From contig OX597821.1 in NCBI GenBank assembly GCA_951406725.2, positions 54,374,001-54,438,000 on the forward strand: a stretch of DNA of 64,000 nt. Reading direction: 5' to 3'. Of this stretch, positions 1 to 13,144 are shown one piece after another. Source of the DNA: Octopus vulgaris (Eukaryota). The first letter of the stretch is position 1. The number at the start of each line of letters is the position of its first letter. The position numbers and the translations under genes are program-made. The notes beneath the pieces were generated by a model. It was given only the letters and a program-made list of their open reading frames with translations, did not search any database and was not told the origin of the DNA.

Positions 1-196
1 AGCTAACTTAATTCTCATTCCCTCTAGATTTCACCCATCAGGTATAATTAAGGAAGCCAGACCAAGCTTTGAACAAAAGAGATTTATCCTTAAGCACAAG
101 TAGAAATTTGAAAGTACAGTTGATGTGTAAAGATAGTTTAGCAGTCAGCCTGAAATGGATTTACCTACACCTTCTCCAATTCCCCCTCTCTTCTTA

Positions 197-493
197 AAGG
201 ATCTTTGTCTTGTAAGTTACTTGGTGACCCTGCCAGTGTTGGTGCCACATAAAAAGCATCCACTGTAAAGCAGTTAGATCCATGTCAAAACTGCTCTCGC
301 TTGTGTGAGTGCCACATAAAAAGCATTCTGTCCACTCTGCTTAGTGGTTGGTGCAAGGAAGGGCATCCAACTATAACAACCATGCTGAAGCAGACACAAA
401 TGTTTGGTGCAGTCTGCCTAGCCAGCTCCTGCCAAACTATCCAACACATGCTAGAATAGAAGGTGGACGTTAAATGATGATAATGATGATGAT
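197..493 (+). mobile_element. Decayed RTE-type 3' UTR/tail fragment
   Basis: Contains GTGCCACATAAAAAGCA repeats, AGGAAGGGCATCCA, CATGCTAG...GGACGTTAAA and a (GAT)n tail, the same motifs as the 3' end of the RTE at 38288-40727. Confidence 0.7.
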
Positions 494-495
494 GA

Positions 496-1625
496 ACTTG
501 CCATCATTTGAATTAGAGATAAGTTTGAAGCAGATGGGACTGTTCAGAACGTCCACAAGAAACATTCTGGAAGACTATGGGCACTGATAAGCCCTACAAA
601 GCAAGGAAAGATGCTGATAATATAATGCCAGAATTTTTTTTTTTTTACATTTCAGCTCAGAGCTGCGGCCATACAGATGCACCGCCAGAATTGAAGAAAA
701 TCTGTGCAGCAAGTGAGTCATGGGAAAGGAAATTAAAAAATGCGCATCCATTGCACTTTGTAGTGCTGTAATTGGAAAAAGTTGCATTGCAAGAATAGTC
801 CATGATCTCAGTGAAGATAAACTGGTCAGAATTGTGGAGTTTTGTGAATGATACTTAACAAGATATGTAGAAGATGCACATTTTATAACATAGACTGTTT
901 GAAGTCATGAGGATACATTTAAATATAATGGCTCAAAGAACCACTACAACTGCACATACAAGGGATCTGTGAATCTGTATATTATGGAGGAACATCATAT
1001 TGATTTATGAGGGTGAAGCTTATCATCAAAAAGATAAAGTATACTTTTCCTTTGTTTTTTTTTTTGTTTTTTTTTTTTTTTTTGGCATTACTGTGAGTGG
1101 ACCCATTTACTTGAACTTGCAGCACCAACTTGTTGTTCCAAGCATTAAAGAGAACTTTTATGATGTGAAATTTTAGTTTCAGTAAGATGGGGCATCCCCC
1201 ACTCTACTACAGTAATGTAAGTGCTGAACTTGTGAGATTTTGACAAACAGGTGGATTAGACAAAGAGTTTCAATTGAATACCCTCCACATTTACAAGACC
1301 TCACACCGCTAGAGGCTTTTTAATGGGGATATTTAAACAATAAAGTTTATGGTACAAAACTGGCAACAATCAAATGGATTGAGGCCAACTATTGAATGCA
1401 TGAGTGTGAAAATACTAAATTAAATGTTTCTTGATGTTTGAGATTCTTTGATTTCACAATATCAGCAATGCCTGGACAAGAATGGTAGTCAGTTGATAAA
1501 CAGACATTCATAACAAACATTAAATTTTTTCTGTAGATTCTGTTAAATTTTGAAAATAAAATATAGTTTAATAACCATTGACTTTATTCAAAGTGTGTAT
1601 ACATTTTGGTGGGGACATCCTGTGT
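496..1625 (+). mobile_element. Decayed Tc1/mariner (maT/DD37D-like) transposon, interrupted
   Basis: Translates in pieces to KFEADGTVQNVHKKHSGR (~521-575), FQ*DGASP (~1177) and EYPPHLQDLTPLEAF*WGYLNNKVYGTK (~1275-1360). It ends in a TIR-like ...GGGGACATCCTGTG (~1610-1625). Confidence 0.75.
633..790 (-). mobile_element. 3' end of a CR1/L2-group LINE inserted in the mariner
   Basis: Minus strand ends GGCGGTGCATCTGTATGGCCGCAGCTCTGAGCTGAAATGT(A)n, matching the 3' terminal motif of the LINE at 33390-36696. Confidence 0.55.
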
Positions 1626-2319
1626 GTAGTGTATGTGTGCGTGTGTGTGTGCATGTGCATGTATCTGTATGCATATATGCATATATGTATCATCATCCTC
1701 ATTTTCATTTACCACCCATATTCCATGGTGGCATAGATTATATGGTTTGACAATATCTGACAGGTGAGAGGACTGCATGTATATTAACATGTGCGTATGC
1801 ATGTTTGTGTGTGTTTGTACACATGTGTGTGTGTGTGCATATGTATGATGTTTATACCTGAACATCTCAAAGTTGATCTAGCTCCATGTTATAAATAATT
1901 CATTCCTCAATAGGTGTTCTTCAGCAACCTTACTTCCAACAGAATCAATAAAAGTAATCTTTTATTTTCAGAGATAGAAGCATGGGTTTGTAAAAGGAGA
2001 TGATATAATCATCTGACATCAACTTGGTGTTGGTGATGTGTTATGCATGTAGTTTATCCATTTTAGAGGAACAAAAGAAATCTTCAAATATCTTTTCCCA
2101 GCAAGATTTGAAATAATTGATTCCAAATGTGAATCAGTGTAACCAGTTGACATAAAGTTGGAATCTACAGCTCTGTTCAGCCAGCAAGAAATAGCAACTA
2201 AATATCTGTAAAATCTGTGATGTTTTCAATATAAAGATATATCTTATGCATCATTGAATGTTATTGTTTGATGCTTGGGAAGGGAACAAACAGGGTGGAT
2301 GTGACTGATATGGTTTTGA

Positions 2320-2552
2320 AGGCGGCGAGCTAGCAGAAACGTTAGCATGCCTGGCGAAATGCTTAGATGTATTTCGTCTGCCGATACGTTCTGAGTTCAA
2401 ATTCCGCCGAGGTTGACTTTGCCTTTCATCCTTTCGGGGTCAATTAAATAAGTACCAGTTACGCACTGGGGTCGATATAATCAACTTAATCCGTTTGTCT
2501 TTCCTTGTTTGTCCTCTCTGTGTTTAGCCCCTTGTGGGTAGTAAAGAAATAG
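2320..2552 (+). mobile_element. SINE family A (tRNA-like head, Meta-domain-like core)
   Basis: Head GGCGGCGAGCTAGCAGAAACGTTAGCA...GAGTTCAAATTCC and core GCCTTTCATCCTTTCGGGGTC...AAGTACCAG; many copies in this window. Confidence 0.85.
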
Positions 2553-4509
2553 ATATGGTTTTGATCTTAGGTCTGCATCATCCTAACCTACCAGGAGCAA
2601 AATAACAAAATGAACATTTATTTATAGTGACATGAAGCAGAAACTACAACAACAATAACAACACCAACATACACCAGTCATATACATCCAAACTATCAGT
2701 GTCAACCTTGCTGCATTGACTGCAAACCAAGGTGTCACCCCGCATGATGTAGAGGAAAGAAAATCAATAAATACAGGGGGCCTAGTTGGCCACTGTCTGT
2801 TTGCTTCAGTTGCTGTTGAGACGTTAGGTGTTCTCTAACCTCAAAATACCAATTTTCTATGCAAAATCGGGATAATGGCAGCTTATCTGAGATATGAGCC
2901 CCACAAGGTGGGGTGGATGCTACAAGTATCGATAGCCATTCTCTGCAGCAATAACATTGTGGCTATTATCACAGTGTGTGGCTGAACACACCGTTTGTTC
3001 CAGGAGATGCTGAAAACAGATGGATCATCTGATCAGTGAAATGTGTTCCTTCCAAAAGCAGAAGCTTCAAATCTGGCCTTCCAGGGACATACGCAAGACA
3101 CAACAGTTAGTTGGTAAGTTATGATGAACATCACAACTGCTACTTAACCTCACATAGATACTTCCTCTAGCCTCATCTGTGGCCCCCTTGCTCATAACAT
3201 CATCAAAGTTCATATGCATTGGAGGACTTTGAACAAACCAGACCCAAATATTTTAACTGATCTATCTTTGTTGCAACCTACTATGTTTTTTCAATGTATT
3301 AGACTTGCCTCTCAAGATTTTGAGTCACAAGCTCACCAACATATCTGGATTTATCTTTGCTCCTACCATCACCTTGTATTACTTCAAAATCAAGCCAACT
3401 AAATTCACCTCCACGATGTCTGACACTACTATGGTGGTGTTGATATGGCTCTCCCACAACCCAGCTCAAAAGAAATGCTCCTCAATAATTCTAACTACCA
3501 CAGCAATGGCTCAAAAACTGGTGCATACGTAAGTGGTGAGAAAGGACATCCTTGAAGGACTAGGTAAGCAAATATGAGAGGTTTCCAAGAAGTGATTGTT
3601 TATTTTGACCACTGAACAAGAACTGCTATGCATTGCTGCAATCCAGCCTCTGAAAACAGGTCCAAAACTAGCTGCTTTTTGGACTGCTGTCAAGTAATGA
3701 TGGTTGATCCAAATTGATCAGGACCCCACCAATACTAGATTGGTTACCCACTCCATTCTATCATGTATTGCATAAATGAGAAGTTGTTGTTGATTGATCT
3801 ATTGGGAGATTGAACATGTACTTCCCTAGTCAAACCATCAGTGACAAGTGCTGATATCTTTGCAAACACCTTGGCTTTGCATTTGGTAGAGTTATCAGTA
3901 AGGAATTATCTATAATACCTCTTTTGCTAGCATCTTTCCACAGCAACATTAACATACTCTATAGAACTGAGAATTATGTTCTGCAGCCAGTTGCAGCAGA
4001 CATTTGCCAAGATGTTGCCAAACAAAGTCTAGCATATAACCATAAACCTTACAGGGTACACCATTCAAATCCAGTCAAAGACTGGAATGTGGTTCTGTTT
4101 TAACATCATGCCTATGCCACACATGCTCCTGGTCCCAATTGTTTTGGTGCATGTGCACTAGTTCTAACAATGCAGTATTTATATCAACTGTTGAGGAAAT
4201 GGTTGAAGGCCATTTTTGCCATGGACACATTGGTCATGGACTTTTTCTGGCTTGTTAATTAGTTCCCCATCTAATCTTTTTCTCTCTGTCACTAGCTCTT
4301 TCTAAACACTGGTATTTAAATGATTCATATTCAATTGGCCATTTCAAGGTGTCTCACAACTTTTTGTTTATAATTGCAACTTTCAGATGCTGCTTGATTA
4401 GCTTGCTAATCTAATGAATAACAGGAATCTTAAGAAAATCTGAGATTTGTTGTCACCAAACCTCAAATTAACGTCCTTGCTAATTAAATTATCATTTAAT
4501 AAAACTTAT

Positions 4510-4513
4510 ATGA

Positions 4514-4555
<42 letters not shown>

Positions 4556-4592
4556 TGATGATGATGATGATGATGATGATGACGATGATGAT
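4510..4592. repeat. (GAC)n-(GAT)n compound microsatellite
   Basis: Read directly from the sequence. Confidence 0.95.
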
Positions 4593-4596
4593 GTAT

Positions 4597-4760
4597 TCCA
4601 CTTTAGGCGCAAGGCCTGCAATTTTGAAGGAGGAACTAGTTGGTTACATCAACCCCAGTTCTTGACTAGTACTCATTTCATCAACCCCCCAAAAGGATGG
4701 AAAGCAAAGTTGACCTTTGTAGCATTCAAACTCAGAACATAAAGCCAGAACAAATGTCAC
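4597..4760 (-). mobile_element. SINE family A, partial
   Basis: Reverse-complement core AAAAGGATGGAAAGCAAAGTTGACC...TTCAAACTCAGAAC. Confidence 0.7.
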
Positions 4761-4786
4761 TGTGTTCTGTAATGATTCTCACCTTC

Positions 4787-4835
<49 letters not shown>

Positions 4836-5076
4836 GTAATAATAATAATAATGATAATGATGATTTCTTTCATTTACGGCTATGGCAAATGATGGTGGAG
4901 ACATTACAAGAACACTTTATAATTTGTGAGAGGGTTTACATAAAAGGCAAAGGGAAGAAAGGGAGATGTGAGAAAAAAACATATACAAAGGTGGGTGGGG
5001 GGAACGTCTTCATGTGTTGCATTACTTCTGTTGCTTCTATTACTACTCCATTACCACCATTATTATTATTATTATT

Positions 5077-5519
5077 GAGTGAGAGAGCAGTTCATGCCAT
5101 CAAAGTGACACTGGGGTAAAATATACGAAGCCCAATATACCCATCATGACTACCCGTCTGATAAGGGTACACCAGGCACATGCATCACAACCAAATGTGC
5201 GCGACATAGTGATCTCATATCAAGATAAACAGCACATGACCTTGCAGGTGGGGCCCAGTTAGAATTTTCTTCAGGTTGAGTAGCCCTTCCCGCTCAAACG
5301 GTCTCTGAATAAGGGTTGTTTAAGGATGTTGAAAAAACCACCCATGTTTCCAGAGGTGAATTATTCAAACCACAACGAATCCCTCTCAACACATGGCTAT
5401 GATGCTCCCCCACTACTTCTGCTCGTGATTAGAGATGCACATATCGTCAGCTACTAAGGGACATGCTCAACTGGTTAAGGTCAAACAACTGACAAGCAAA
5501 TCTGTGGTATTGAGCAGAA
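5077..5519 (-). mobile_element. Non-coding interspersed element embedded in (TTA)n, possibly the 3' end of an R4/Dong-type LINE
   Basis: GC-richer block of about 440 bp with (TTA)n on both sides. The minus strand begins ILLNTTDLLVSCLTLTS*, which is only weakly like an R4/Dong C-terminus. Confidence 0.5.
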
Positions 5520-5521
5520 TA

Positions 5522-5552
<31 letters not shown>

Positions 5553-5587
5553 TATTATTATTATTATTATTATTGTTATTATTATTA

Positions 5588-5625
<38 letters not shown>

Positions 5626-5677
5626 GTTATTATCATTATTATTATTTTTATTTTTATTATTATTATTATTATTATTT

Positions 5678-5880
5678 AAGGCAGTAAGCTGACAGAATCA
5701 TTAGTATGTCAAATGGCATTTCTTCCAGTTCTTTGTCATTCTGAGTTCCAATGCAGCTGAGGCTGACATTGTCTTTCATCTTTTTGGGGGTTGATAAAAT
5801 AAGTATCAGTTGGCCACTGTGGTTGTAGCCCCTTATCCCTGGCATTTTAGGCCTTGTGACTATAATAAAACGATTTATTT
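5678..5880 (+). mobile_element. SINE family A, decayed
   Basis: AAGGCAGTAAGCTGACAGAATCATTAG...TCTTTCATCTTTTTGGGGGTTGATAAAATAAGTATCAG. Confidence 0.75.
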
Positions 5881-6643
5881 TTGTCATTGTTGTTGTCAGG
5901 TGTTTCTACATCTATAATCTATAAACATGCTGAAATAAGAGCCACATCACTCTCAGATTACTCAGTGCCATCTTAAATAAAAAGAAAATATACATAGGGT
6001 AATGTAATTCTGGAGAAGAACTAGAATAGCATTGAACAAACTACCTTGTTGTATTTAGCCATATCCTTTTATGTTCTGAATTCAAATCCTCCCAACAATC
6101 ACAAATGACATTCTGGGGTTTATATAATTGAGTACATTGCTGAAGGTATCTCAGCTATTTTTAATCAAACAGTGGCTTTGATAAAGGTTGACCTGGTGCA
6201 AAGTAACTGAGATGTTAGGAAACCAACAGTTGAGACGTTTTATAAAACAACCAAATTTTCTGCTATACATAGGCCATTAAGAAATCTAAAGGGGACATGG
6301 AGATACTGGCAATGTACCAAACTCTAAAATATACAATGCTGAATAATGAGATACAACTAGAAACAGACAATTATAACCATACAAAAACTAATTTTGTTGC
6401 AAACCTAAAAGGACACAATATTTAATTTGAGGAAAACCATGTCTTGAATAACAATAACAGTTATTTGCTACCATGCAGCAAAGAGAAGACAAAGGGAAGA
6501 ACATCAAAGAAAGAATACCAATTCCCCGCAATAACACTGGAGAATAACAAAATAATGAAAAGAAGTATGAAGAAATACAGTTAATTGCAGAAATCTCAGA
6601 TACAAAGGGCTTCACACACACACACATACACATGTATGTATAT

Positions 6644-6679
<36 letters not shown>

Positions 6680-6706
6680 ATACGTATATATATTTGTGTG
6701 TGTGTA

Positions 6707-6746
<40 letters not shown>

Positions 6747-6748
<2 letters not shown>

Positions 6749-6923
6749 ATATCTGACTCACTAGAAAGAGCAGTTAAAACTCCAAGCCACCAAATGTTGT
6801 AATTCCGAAAGTGATTGGAAAATAAAAACTTTTACTTTAATCCTTTTATTTTCCAATCACTTTCAGAATTACAACAATTGGTGGCTTGGAGTTTTAACTG
6901 CTCTTTCTAGCAAGTCAGATACC
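6747..6923. repeat. Inverted-repeat cassette (~80 bp arms) abutting (TA)n
   Basis: 6747-6827 is the near reverse complement of 6844-6923, with a ~16 nt spacer. Confidence 0.9.
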
Positions 6924-6924
6924 C

Positions 6925-7320
6925 TGCTCATTACTGCTTGTGGGTTATCTGCCTGAGCATGCCGCATCTCCACTGAGGCACAGCCATGTCTGAGGCAGTT
7001 GTACCACTCCTTGATCTGAGTTTCACACTTAACGAATCTTCTGGATGGGTTTTGCTTGAGTATTGCCAAGCTTTTGGCAAAACTTGATCCAGTATCTCTG
7101 CTAAATGTTCTGTCATCTTGCATGCAAGTGGAAATCTGACAAGCAAGCACTACACATCTGTACATTTGGCATAAAAGCCAGGAACTGTCGAGGACTACTG
7201 GTGCAAAAATTATCACATATGAGCAGGAAGGGTGGCATCTCTTCCCACCCAGAGGATTTTGCCCACACAACATTACTTTTGGCAGGAATAAATAAAATTG
7301 GATATCTTTTGAATGCACCT

Positions 7321-7325
<5 letters not shown>
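6925..7325 (-). mobile_element. Mariner transposon 5' end (TIR and HTH N-terminus), decayed
   Basis: Minus strand starts TATGAGGTGCATTCAAAAGATATCC (mariner-type TIR) and encodes ETQIKEWYNCLRHGCASVE, resembling the mariner HTH ETQIKEWYNRFKxGRxSVE. Confidence 0.8.
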
Positions 7326-7379
<54 letters not shown>

Positions 7380-8039
7380 TTCTTCTATTAAAGCTGCAAA
7401 AACATGATGCTTTTATATTACTCTACTTTTGGTATTTGGGTACTAATTTTTTCTATCTAGTTTTGCATTTATGTGCTTACTTATGTATATATTTATTTAT
7501 ATATAGCTCTTGTTTACGGTTCCTGTAAACAATACATTCTGAACTTGAGGGAATGTTTTTATGAAAAAGCCAATGAAATAAAAATTAAAGTCGGTAACAG
7601 GCAGGGCATCGAGCTATAGAAGACTACTTCAATAAATCTTGTCACTCCATGCTAGCATGGGAAAATTTGTCATAAAATCAATCGGTATAGATGTGTGTAT
7701 ATATGTACACCCCACTGTCACACACATATGTATGTATATATATATATATATATGGTAATATAAATGAAACAAATAAATAAATTGATATTAGCTATGCATG
7801 CATGATATATTACAGCAGAGTAAGTGCATATATGTTGAAGTTTTGGATATAAAAAAAATTGTTTGATTTTGCTTGGATAAATGAAAAGTAGTTGGAAGCA
7901 AACAATTCAGACTTAGCAGAAATTTGAAAAATATCTCTTAATAATAATAAAAATGCATTAGAAGGTGTCCCCAATGAAATTAAATATAGATAGATAGAGA
8001 GGATTTAAACATATATAAAAATTAAATATGTACATACGA

Positions 8040-8086
8040 AGTATGTATATATATATATATATATATATACATATATAAATACATAC

Positions 8087-8134
<48 letters not shown>

Positions 8135-8206
8135 ATGTATGTACACACACTATACATAAATATTCATATATGCATATTTGTATGCATATATATGTGTGTG
8201 TGCGTT

Positions 8207-8240
<34 letters not shown>

Positions 8241-8440
8241 CAATGCATATGTATTTATAAATATATATTTGTTTGGATGTATATGTATATATATATATAT
8301 ATAAATATGTATATATACATACATATATATATATATGTACATACATATATATATATATATATTTATATATACATACACACATACCTACATATACACATAC
8401 ATGCATACTCACAAATATATTTGCATTATTATCCGTGTGT

Positions 8441-8498
<58 letters not shown>
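8040..8498. repeat. (TA)n/(TG)n/(TACA)n compound microsatellite
   Basis: Read directly from the sequence. Confidence 0.95.
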
Positions 8499-8499
<1 letters not shown>

Positions 8500-9071
8500 T
8501 AGGAAGTAAAAATAGAAAGAAACTTACTGTAAAACAAACATGCTAGAAATGATTGAACAGGTGAAACAAGTAATTGTCTGTGAAGGACAATAACAGAGAT
8601 ATTTGAAAATGTCTCACAGCAGTAATAAATGGAAATAAATTGTTCGTGGGGAATGAATTAAATCCTTTAGGGAAATAAGGAAAATAAATTGTATACTAAT
8701 AGATGAGAACCTTAAAAAGAATGAATGGCGTAAATCTGTAGAGTAATGAAGCGAGAAAGAAGGCAGGATGTATGATGAATAAACACTGTCCCTGTGGATT
8801 AAGACTACAGAGAAGAAATGAGATAAAATTTTATAAAACAAACCAACAAAATCAAAAAATATTGATGCAAGTCATGAGAATACAAATAAAAGTAAGTCAA
8901 TGACGTCAGGTATTGATGAGATTGAACTGATTCGATTTAATCAATTGATATCCTAAATTGAAAGTAAAGATAGTGAAGATGAGTGGCCCTTCTAAAACTG
9001 CTTGACAGTTCATACAAAGACGCTTATTGTTTCTAAAAGCAGACAGGATCTGCTGTCCTCAGTGATACCAG

Positions 9072-9110
<39 letters not shown>

Positions 9111-10335
9111 CAAATAATGAGCTAAATTGAGATTGGAGGATAATTAGTACTGGTGATAAATTTCTAGTGAATACAATTCCCCCACATCTGAGACTGCAGT
9201 TTTGCTACTGCACATACAACATTTCTTACCACTTCCAAAATTAGACTATCTGAAGGAATGGTAGGGAGATTCTCATGAACACACTGCAAACTTCTGGCCC
9301 TTACTTACTGCATCCTTATATTGCATCTTCTATCCCTGCTACTGTGACCTAAGCTTTTCAAATCTAACTGATCTCTTGCATCCTCAACTCGGATCCATCC
9401 TTACTAAGCCTGTCCTTTTCTTTGCATGACCTACATTGTTGACATTTTTTGAGTCTTCCTTCCCAGAAGATCAGTCCTTTGGAAAATCTCCCTGCACTTT
9501 ATTTATTTATTTATTTATTTTTTTTTTTTTTTGTAGCCACCAACTTACTTACCACTGGTGAAGAGGAACAGTAACCATATCACTCATTAATCAAAAATGC
9601 ACATGTTATAGAATCAACCCTCTTTCTCAGACAAAAACCAATAAATTGAAGATTAAATTATACAATAGAAACTGACATGTGCAAAGATCAAATTCTGGCA
9701 GAATAATTCAACAATGGACCGTGGGGAAAGAAATAACAAATATAAAAAGAAAATAGTTTGACTTAATAGACTAATGACTATTGGTTTTCTATTTAGGTAA
9801 TTAGATTATTGTAGCATTTAATACTGAATTAGGAAGAAACTATAACATTAATAGCATGATAAGTAAGACTGAAATCCCATTTAATATATATTTAAATACT
9901 ATTATGCTAATGTGTTGTGGCAAGATAAAATATCTGATAAACATGACATATGTCTGACATTAATCAATGCTTGCGTCTGTTTTCTTGAAACAAAATAACA
10001 AAAGTATTCATACTGGGTCTATATTAGCTCTGTCCTTCTGTTCATTAGTGGTAAGGAGTGGTTTGAGATATGATATTTCTCTCACAAATGAATTCTATTA
10101 TTTAGAAACATTACAGTCTAAGATATGCCATTCAATGTTAGTTAACTCATGCTTATCTCTTTTTGCCAAATCAGATTTGAGTGTTGTCAAAGCCATTACA
10201 AAAAAAAACAAAACATTATATCACTTACAAAGAACACAGGGAAAAAGAAAAAAAAGCATAGGGTGAGTATTCCTAAACTGTACAGTTAATTTTGGCCGTA
10301 CTATAACAGCTCACACATATTAATACAAATATACA

Positions 10336-10376
<41 letters not shown>

Positions 10377-10390
<14 letters not shown>

Positions 10391-10513
10391 ATATTAGGGA
10401 ATAAATCCAAATTTACAGGCAAAAAAAATCAGATTTAGGATTAAATCCAATTTTATAGTAAAATATTATATAATATTAATTAGAGACAAAATAGTGGTTT
10501 TGTCTCTAATTAA

Positions 10514-10517
<4 letters not shown>
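10377..10517. mobile_element. Truncated hairpin cassette of the same family as 54701-55020 and 55291-55550, without the ribozyme loop
   Basis: AAATATTAGGGAATAAATCCAAATTTACAGG...GATTTAGGATTAAATCCAATTTTATAGTAAA is shared with those copies. It has a terminal hairpin AATATTAATTAGAGACAAAA/TTTTGTCTCTAATTAATATT and (TA)n on both sides. Confidence 0.85.
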
Positions 10518-10565
<48 letters not shown>

Positions 10566-10624
10566 AATATATATTATATATATATTATATATCATATTTT
10601 ATGTACCTAAGCATTCATTCATGT

Positions 10625-10792
10625 ATCATCATCATCATCGTCATTGTTTAATGTCCTCTTTCCCTGCTGGCATGGGTTGAACGGTTTGACTAAGGGCTGA
10701 CAAACCAGAAGGCTGTACCAGGCTCTAATCCGATCTGGTAAAGTTTCTACAGCTGGATGCCTTTCCTAACACCAACCACTCCAAAAGTGTAG
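10625..10792 (-). mobile_element. RTE-type 3' tail fragment
   Basis: (ATC)n-TTTAATGTCC...CATGGGTTG...TTTCTACAGCTGGATGCC, as at 38288-38450. Confidence 0.75.
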
Positions 10793-11296
10793 TATGTAGA
10801 TGTATATGCAAATATGTGCATATGTACAAGTAGATGTACTGATGTATATATATATATATATATATATATGCATGCTTATATATAGGTAGGACACGTTCAA
10901 ATGAAAGATGAATATTCTGAAATTTCTTCTCTATCCCCAACAGGTGATCTCAGGAAAGTTATTACCTAATATGATCTGCATGGTGAAAATGTGTCTTGGA
11001 GCATCAAGACAATTTCAGTTGGAAAAAATAGAAAAATAAAAGAACTATAGCCTGCAATCAACGGACACATTTGCCCAATCTCAGGTAAAATCAAAATCAT
11101 CAGTGTCCCCATTGTGACTTTATAGGAAAAGCCATACCTAAACTTAAATTACATCCACGCATTCATCGTGAATGTAATTTGAGTTTATTCGTTTATTTTT
11201 AAAGTTGTTTTCTCTTTGTTTTCACTTCTTTTTTAGATCCTCTCCTTCAAATACTTATACATCAACACCAACGGGAGTTGCCATCATCATATATGC

Positions 11297-11550
11297 ATCA
11301 TCATCATCATCATCATTATTATTACCATTTTAACATCCACTTTCCATGCTGGCATGGGTTTGACGGTTTGACAGGAGCTGGCCAGCTGAAGTGCTACCAA
11401 GGCTCTGTGTCTGTTTCAGTATGGTTTCTATGGCTGGATGCCCTTCCTAATATGAACCCCTTTACAGAGTATACTGGGTGCTTGTACACAGTACAAGCAC
11501 AGGTTGGTTTACATGACACATGATATGGGTGCTTTTTACAGGGCACCAGC
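11297..11550 (-). mobile_element. RTE-type 3' tail fragment
   Basis: (CAT)n, TTTAACATCCACTTTCCATGCTGGCATGGG and GGCTGGATGCCCTTCCTAA. Confidence 0.7.
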
Positions 11551-11719
11551 ACATACACATGTAAACCTACATATGTAGGATTATAGGTGTATGTGTGCAT
11601 GAATGCATGTGAGTGTGAATAATATATATGTATGAAGTATATGTTATCATAAATGTTATTATAAATAGTCTGTAGTTCAGTAATAATTTATCTATTTTTT
11701 GGTGCCAAGAACTTTGTCT

Positions 11720-11856
11720 TGGTCAGGTCGTCGGCGACTAAACTGGCAACCGCCCCAGGCTTGCTTGGTGAGGTGGGTGCTTGTTGAACACCCTGCAGGA
11801 CAAAAAATAAGACTGTCAAAGGACAGAGGAACTACAATGTAGTCAACGGCCATTCA
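11720..11856 (+). mobile_element. Fragment of an RTE-5'UTR-like non-coding family (same as 17496-18006)
   Basis: GTCGTCGGCGACTAAACTGGCAAC...GCTTGGTGAGG...GTCAAAGG...GAGGAACT...AGTCAACGGCCAT aligns with the reverse complement of 17860-17975. Confidence 0.7.
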
Positions 11857-12695
11857 AGTATCTGTGTTTGTGAAGTGTTATGTGTGTGTATTGTGTATAT
11901 ACACATTTTGGACTCTGTGTGTGTGTATTGTATGTATATAGTGTTCTTTTTTTATTTTTAATTTTAAGATTGTATATATCGTATAGGCAGTAGGCAGGTC
12001 CTTCTGGTCCTGTACAGGTAGTGAGACGTCCCCGCCCTCCAAGAATCTCCACTACAATATGCTTATATAAGGCAACCTAGCCTCTCATCTCTCCCCCCCT
12101 CATTCAATTATCTTTGTTTTCTTCTTAAGCTTTATCTCTTGCCATCTATTTAAAGACATAATTTAGAGTGGCATTGTCTGTTGGTTGTTTTATGACACAG
12201 ACACAGGAAATCTGGCTATACAATGGTATGCTTTCATTCTCCTACTTGCTGCCAAATGAGCAAGTCAACACACATTCCACATCTTGGTATTTTTCCTGAG
12301 CCAGATTTAAAATTTCAAATTCTCCTGAGGAAAAAGGTTTTCTCATGATGCAATCCCATTATTCATCAATGAAAAATGCATCTGAAACAGCTGTAATAAA
12401 CCCCAACCCACTTGTTTTATTTATTTATATAAATGCCTCAGTTAGTACCATCTCTATATTGAATCTGGAGTCAGAGTGCATCATGGGGCTGCATGCTGAT
12501 GTGCATTGGTATATGAGTTTGTGTACATATATATTTATATGTATGTGCATAATGATGTGTTCATGTACATCATATGTAAGTATTTGGACATGTCCATCTA
12601 TGCATGGATATACGTTTGAGTGCCTGTATGTGATGCCTTTAATATTAAAATACCTTAATTGAAATGAATCCTACAAATGATTATATTTATGTATG

Positions 12696-12727
<32 letters not shown>

Positions 12728-13034
12728 CACCATACGAATATGGAAGGCAGTATAAGATTTCACCCCTGCCGTAAGGTTTTACTTCCACATACACCAGCTT
12801 AATTTAGTTCGTCCTTAGTCGAAAGATACCTGTTGTTGTGTCCTGTTATTTGTATTTGTGTAACATTCTCCATATTTTTAGTCCTTGTTTTCACATACAT
12901 TCACTTCTTTCTTCCAAGTAATCTAATGCTCTTAGCTTAGTTTTTCATTGGGGCTGGACAGATTGGAGCAATCTTGAGTATAACCACTCGAAATTGCAAA
13001 GATATTCTGGAACTTGACTGTATATGTATGTATA

Positions 13035-13066
<32 letters not shown>

Positions 13067-13106
13067 CATATGTATTTATATACATATATATATATACATA
13101 TGTATG

Positions 13107-13144
<38 letters not shown>

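Noticed and set aside
12968-13005. GAGT-ATAACC-ACTC-GAAA hammerhead-like half in a (TA)n-flanked insert (12729-13020)
   Set aside because: It has no CUGANGA box and no NUH triplet; it may be pLTR-derived but this cannot be supported.
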